Positions 63,352-64,000 of a stretch of 64,000 nt of DNA are shown here, in pieces; the first letter of the stretch is position 1, and the number at the start of each line of letters is the position of its first letter. The notes under the pieces are model-generated. The model ran no database searches, was not told the origin of the DNA, and saw only the letters and a program-made list of their open reading frames with translations. The position numbers and the translations under genes are program-made. Where the stretch lies: positions 9,629-73,628 of the forward strand of contig JAFSCP010000049.1 of the NCBI GenBank assembly GCA_017436705.1. Direction: 5' to 3'. The DNA is from Bacillota bacterium. Lineage in GTDB: Bacteria > Bacillota > Clostridia > Peptostreptococcales > Anaerovoracaceae.

Positions 63352-63920
63352 TATTTAGCACCTCCTACCGCTTTGAACTGTTCAAGAGCTGCACAAACAC
63401 CCTGGTATACACCGTTGGAGGAAATTGTTGCGCCGCTGATGAAACCAACTGCACTTTCGCCCTTGATGTTTTCAGCGTTTGCAAGTGTATCAACGCCTGC
63501 ATACTGGGAAACATAAGCAGCATCGTGAGCCTTGGTACCAAGACCCTTTGTGTCTGCGTGAGACATAACCTTAACGCCTGTGATTGCGCCGTTGGCATCA
63601 ATACCAACCATTTCAACCAGTGCGCCGCCGAAGGACTTAGTGCTTACTGTTACTACCATACCGCCGTCATTAGCAGTATAGCAGTCTGTTACAAATACAG
63701 CATCAGGAGTGTAAACCAGCAGGTCACCTGTATACTGTTCGAAGGAAGTTGCGGAAGGAAGAAGTTCGATTCTTGCAGCTTCAGCAGCTCTCTTAGCGTT
63801 TTCTTCGATAATTGGTGCTGTGATACCATTTACAAAAGCAAGTGCAAAAGTGATTACTAAGCAGATTGCTACCAGTACTACTACTGGCTGAATATATTCT
63901 TTAAAAGTATTGCTTTTCAT
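63351..63920 (-). CDS. rnfG: Rnf complex subunit G (FMN-binding)
   Basis: N-terminal TM segment and an FMN_bind domain. The flavinylation-type motif is ISGATISSNG. Confidence 0.9.
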   Translation of the reverse strand: MKSNTFKEYIQPVVVLVAICLVITFALAFVNGITAPIIEENAKRAAEAARIELLPSATSFEQYTGDLLVYTPDAVFVTDCYTANDGGMVVTVSTKSFGGALVEMVGIDANGAITGVKVMSHADTKGLGTKAHDAAYVSQYAGVDTLANAENIKGESAVGFISGATISSNGVYQGVCAALEQFKAVGGAK

Positions 63921-64000
63921 TATTTCTTTGCACCTCCATACATTCTCTTTTCGCAGAAGTTATTGATGAGTGGAGTTAAGCAGTTCATAAGCAGAATTGA
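63920..64000 (-). CDS. rnfD: Rnf complex subunit D, C-terminal fragment (runs off the window)
   Basis: The reverse strand ends ...SILLMNCLTPLINNFCEKRMYGGAKK* with a TAATG stop/start overlap onto rnfG. The gene order D-G-E-A-B is canonical. Confidence 0.7.
   Translation of the reverse strand, partial: SILLMNCLTPLINNFCEKRMYGGAKK

Noticed and set aside
1-64000. CRISPR arrays, tRNA, rRNA, tmRNA and large tandem repeats
   Set aside because: Intergenic regions are short (the longest are ~435 and ~400 nt). On reading, none shows regularly spaced direct repeats or cloverleaf-like sequence. Nothing supports such a call.

Overview
The window looks like a chromosomal segment of a strictly anaerobic Firmicute of the Clostridia type, roughly 50% GC by eye. 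Gene density is high, RBSs are AGGAGG-like and many intrinsic terminators are present. I saw no rRNA, tRNA, CRISPR array, transposase, integrase or reverse transcriptase.

Recognisable core content:
- ABC-transporter substrate-binding protein (SBP) with a TM1266-like ACT regulator; WecA/TagO-like transferase; dCMP deaminase; truA; yhbY; prepilin peptidase
- glnS
- trimeric electron-bifurcating-type [FeFe] hydrogenase hydCBA
- split methionine synthase with metF and ybaK
- acyl-CoA ligase, thiolase, Sir2 deacetylase, patatin-like lipase
- ApbE flavinylation cluster
- BlaI/BlaR1-like pair
- rnf(D)GEAB

Accessory or unusual content:
1. A 10-kb co-directional array of 13 genes (37.7-48.0 kb) encodes zinc-ribbon proteins and paralogous lipoproteins with recombining leader cassettes. 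A ~90-aa module recurs among them, and one member is interrupted at a G7 tract.
2. A 29-aa holin-like-toxin ORF is missing from the ORF track. Its Shine-Dalgarno (SD) sequence is sequestered in a hairpin, and a possible convergent small RNA lies downstream.
3. A ~290-bp direct repeat brackets a 5.6-kb segment and leaves a truncated copy of a nuclease-like orphan gene.
4. Two paralogous C45-peptidase/AraC divergons are present.
5. A membrane LuxR and a mini-LuxR are divergently transcribed around an exact repeated 14-mer box.
6. A Gp49/HigB-HigA toxin-antitoxin pair sits in an AT-richer islet.

All product calls come from reading the translated ORFs and motif recall. No database search was run.
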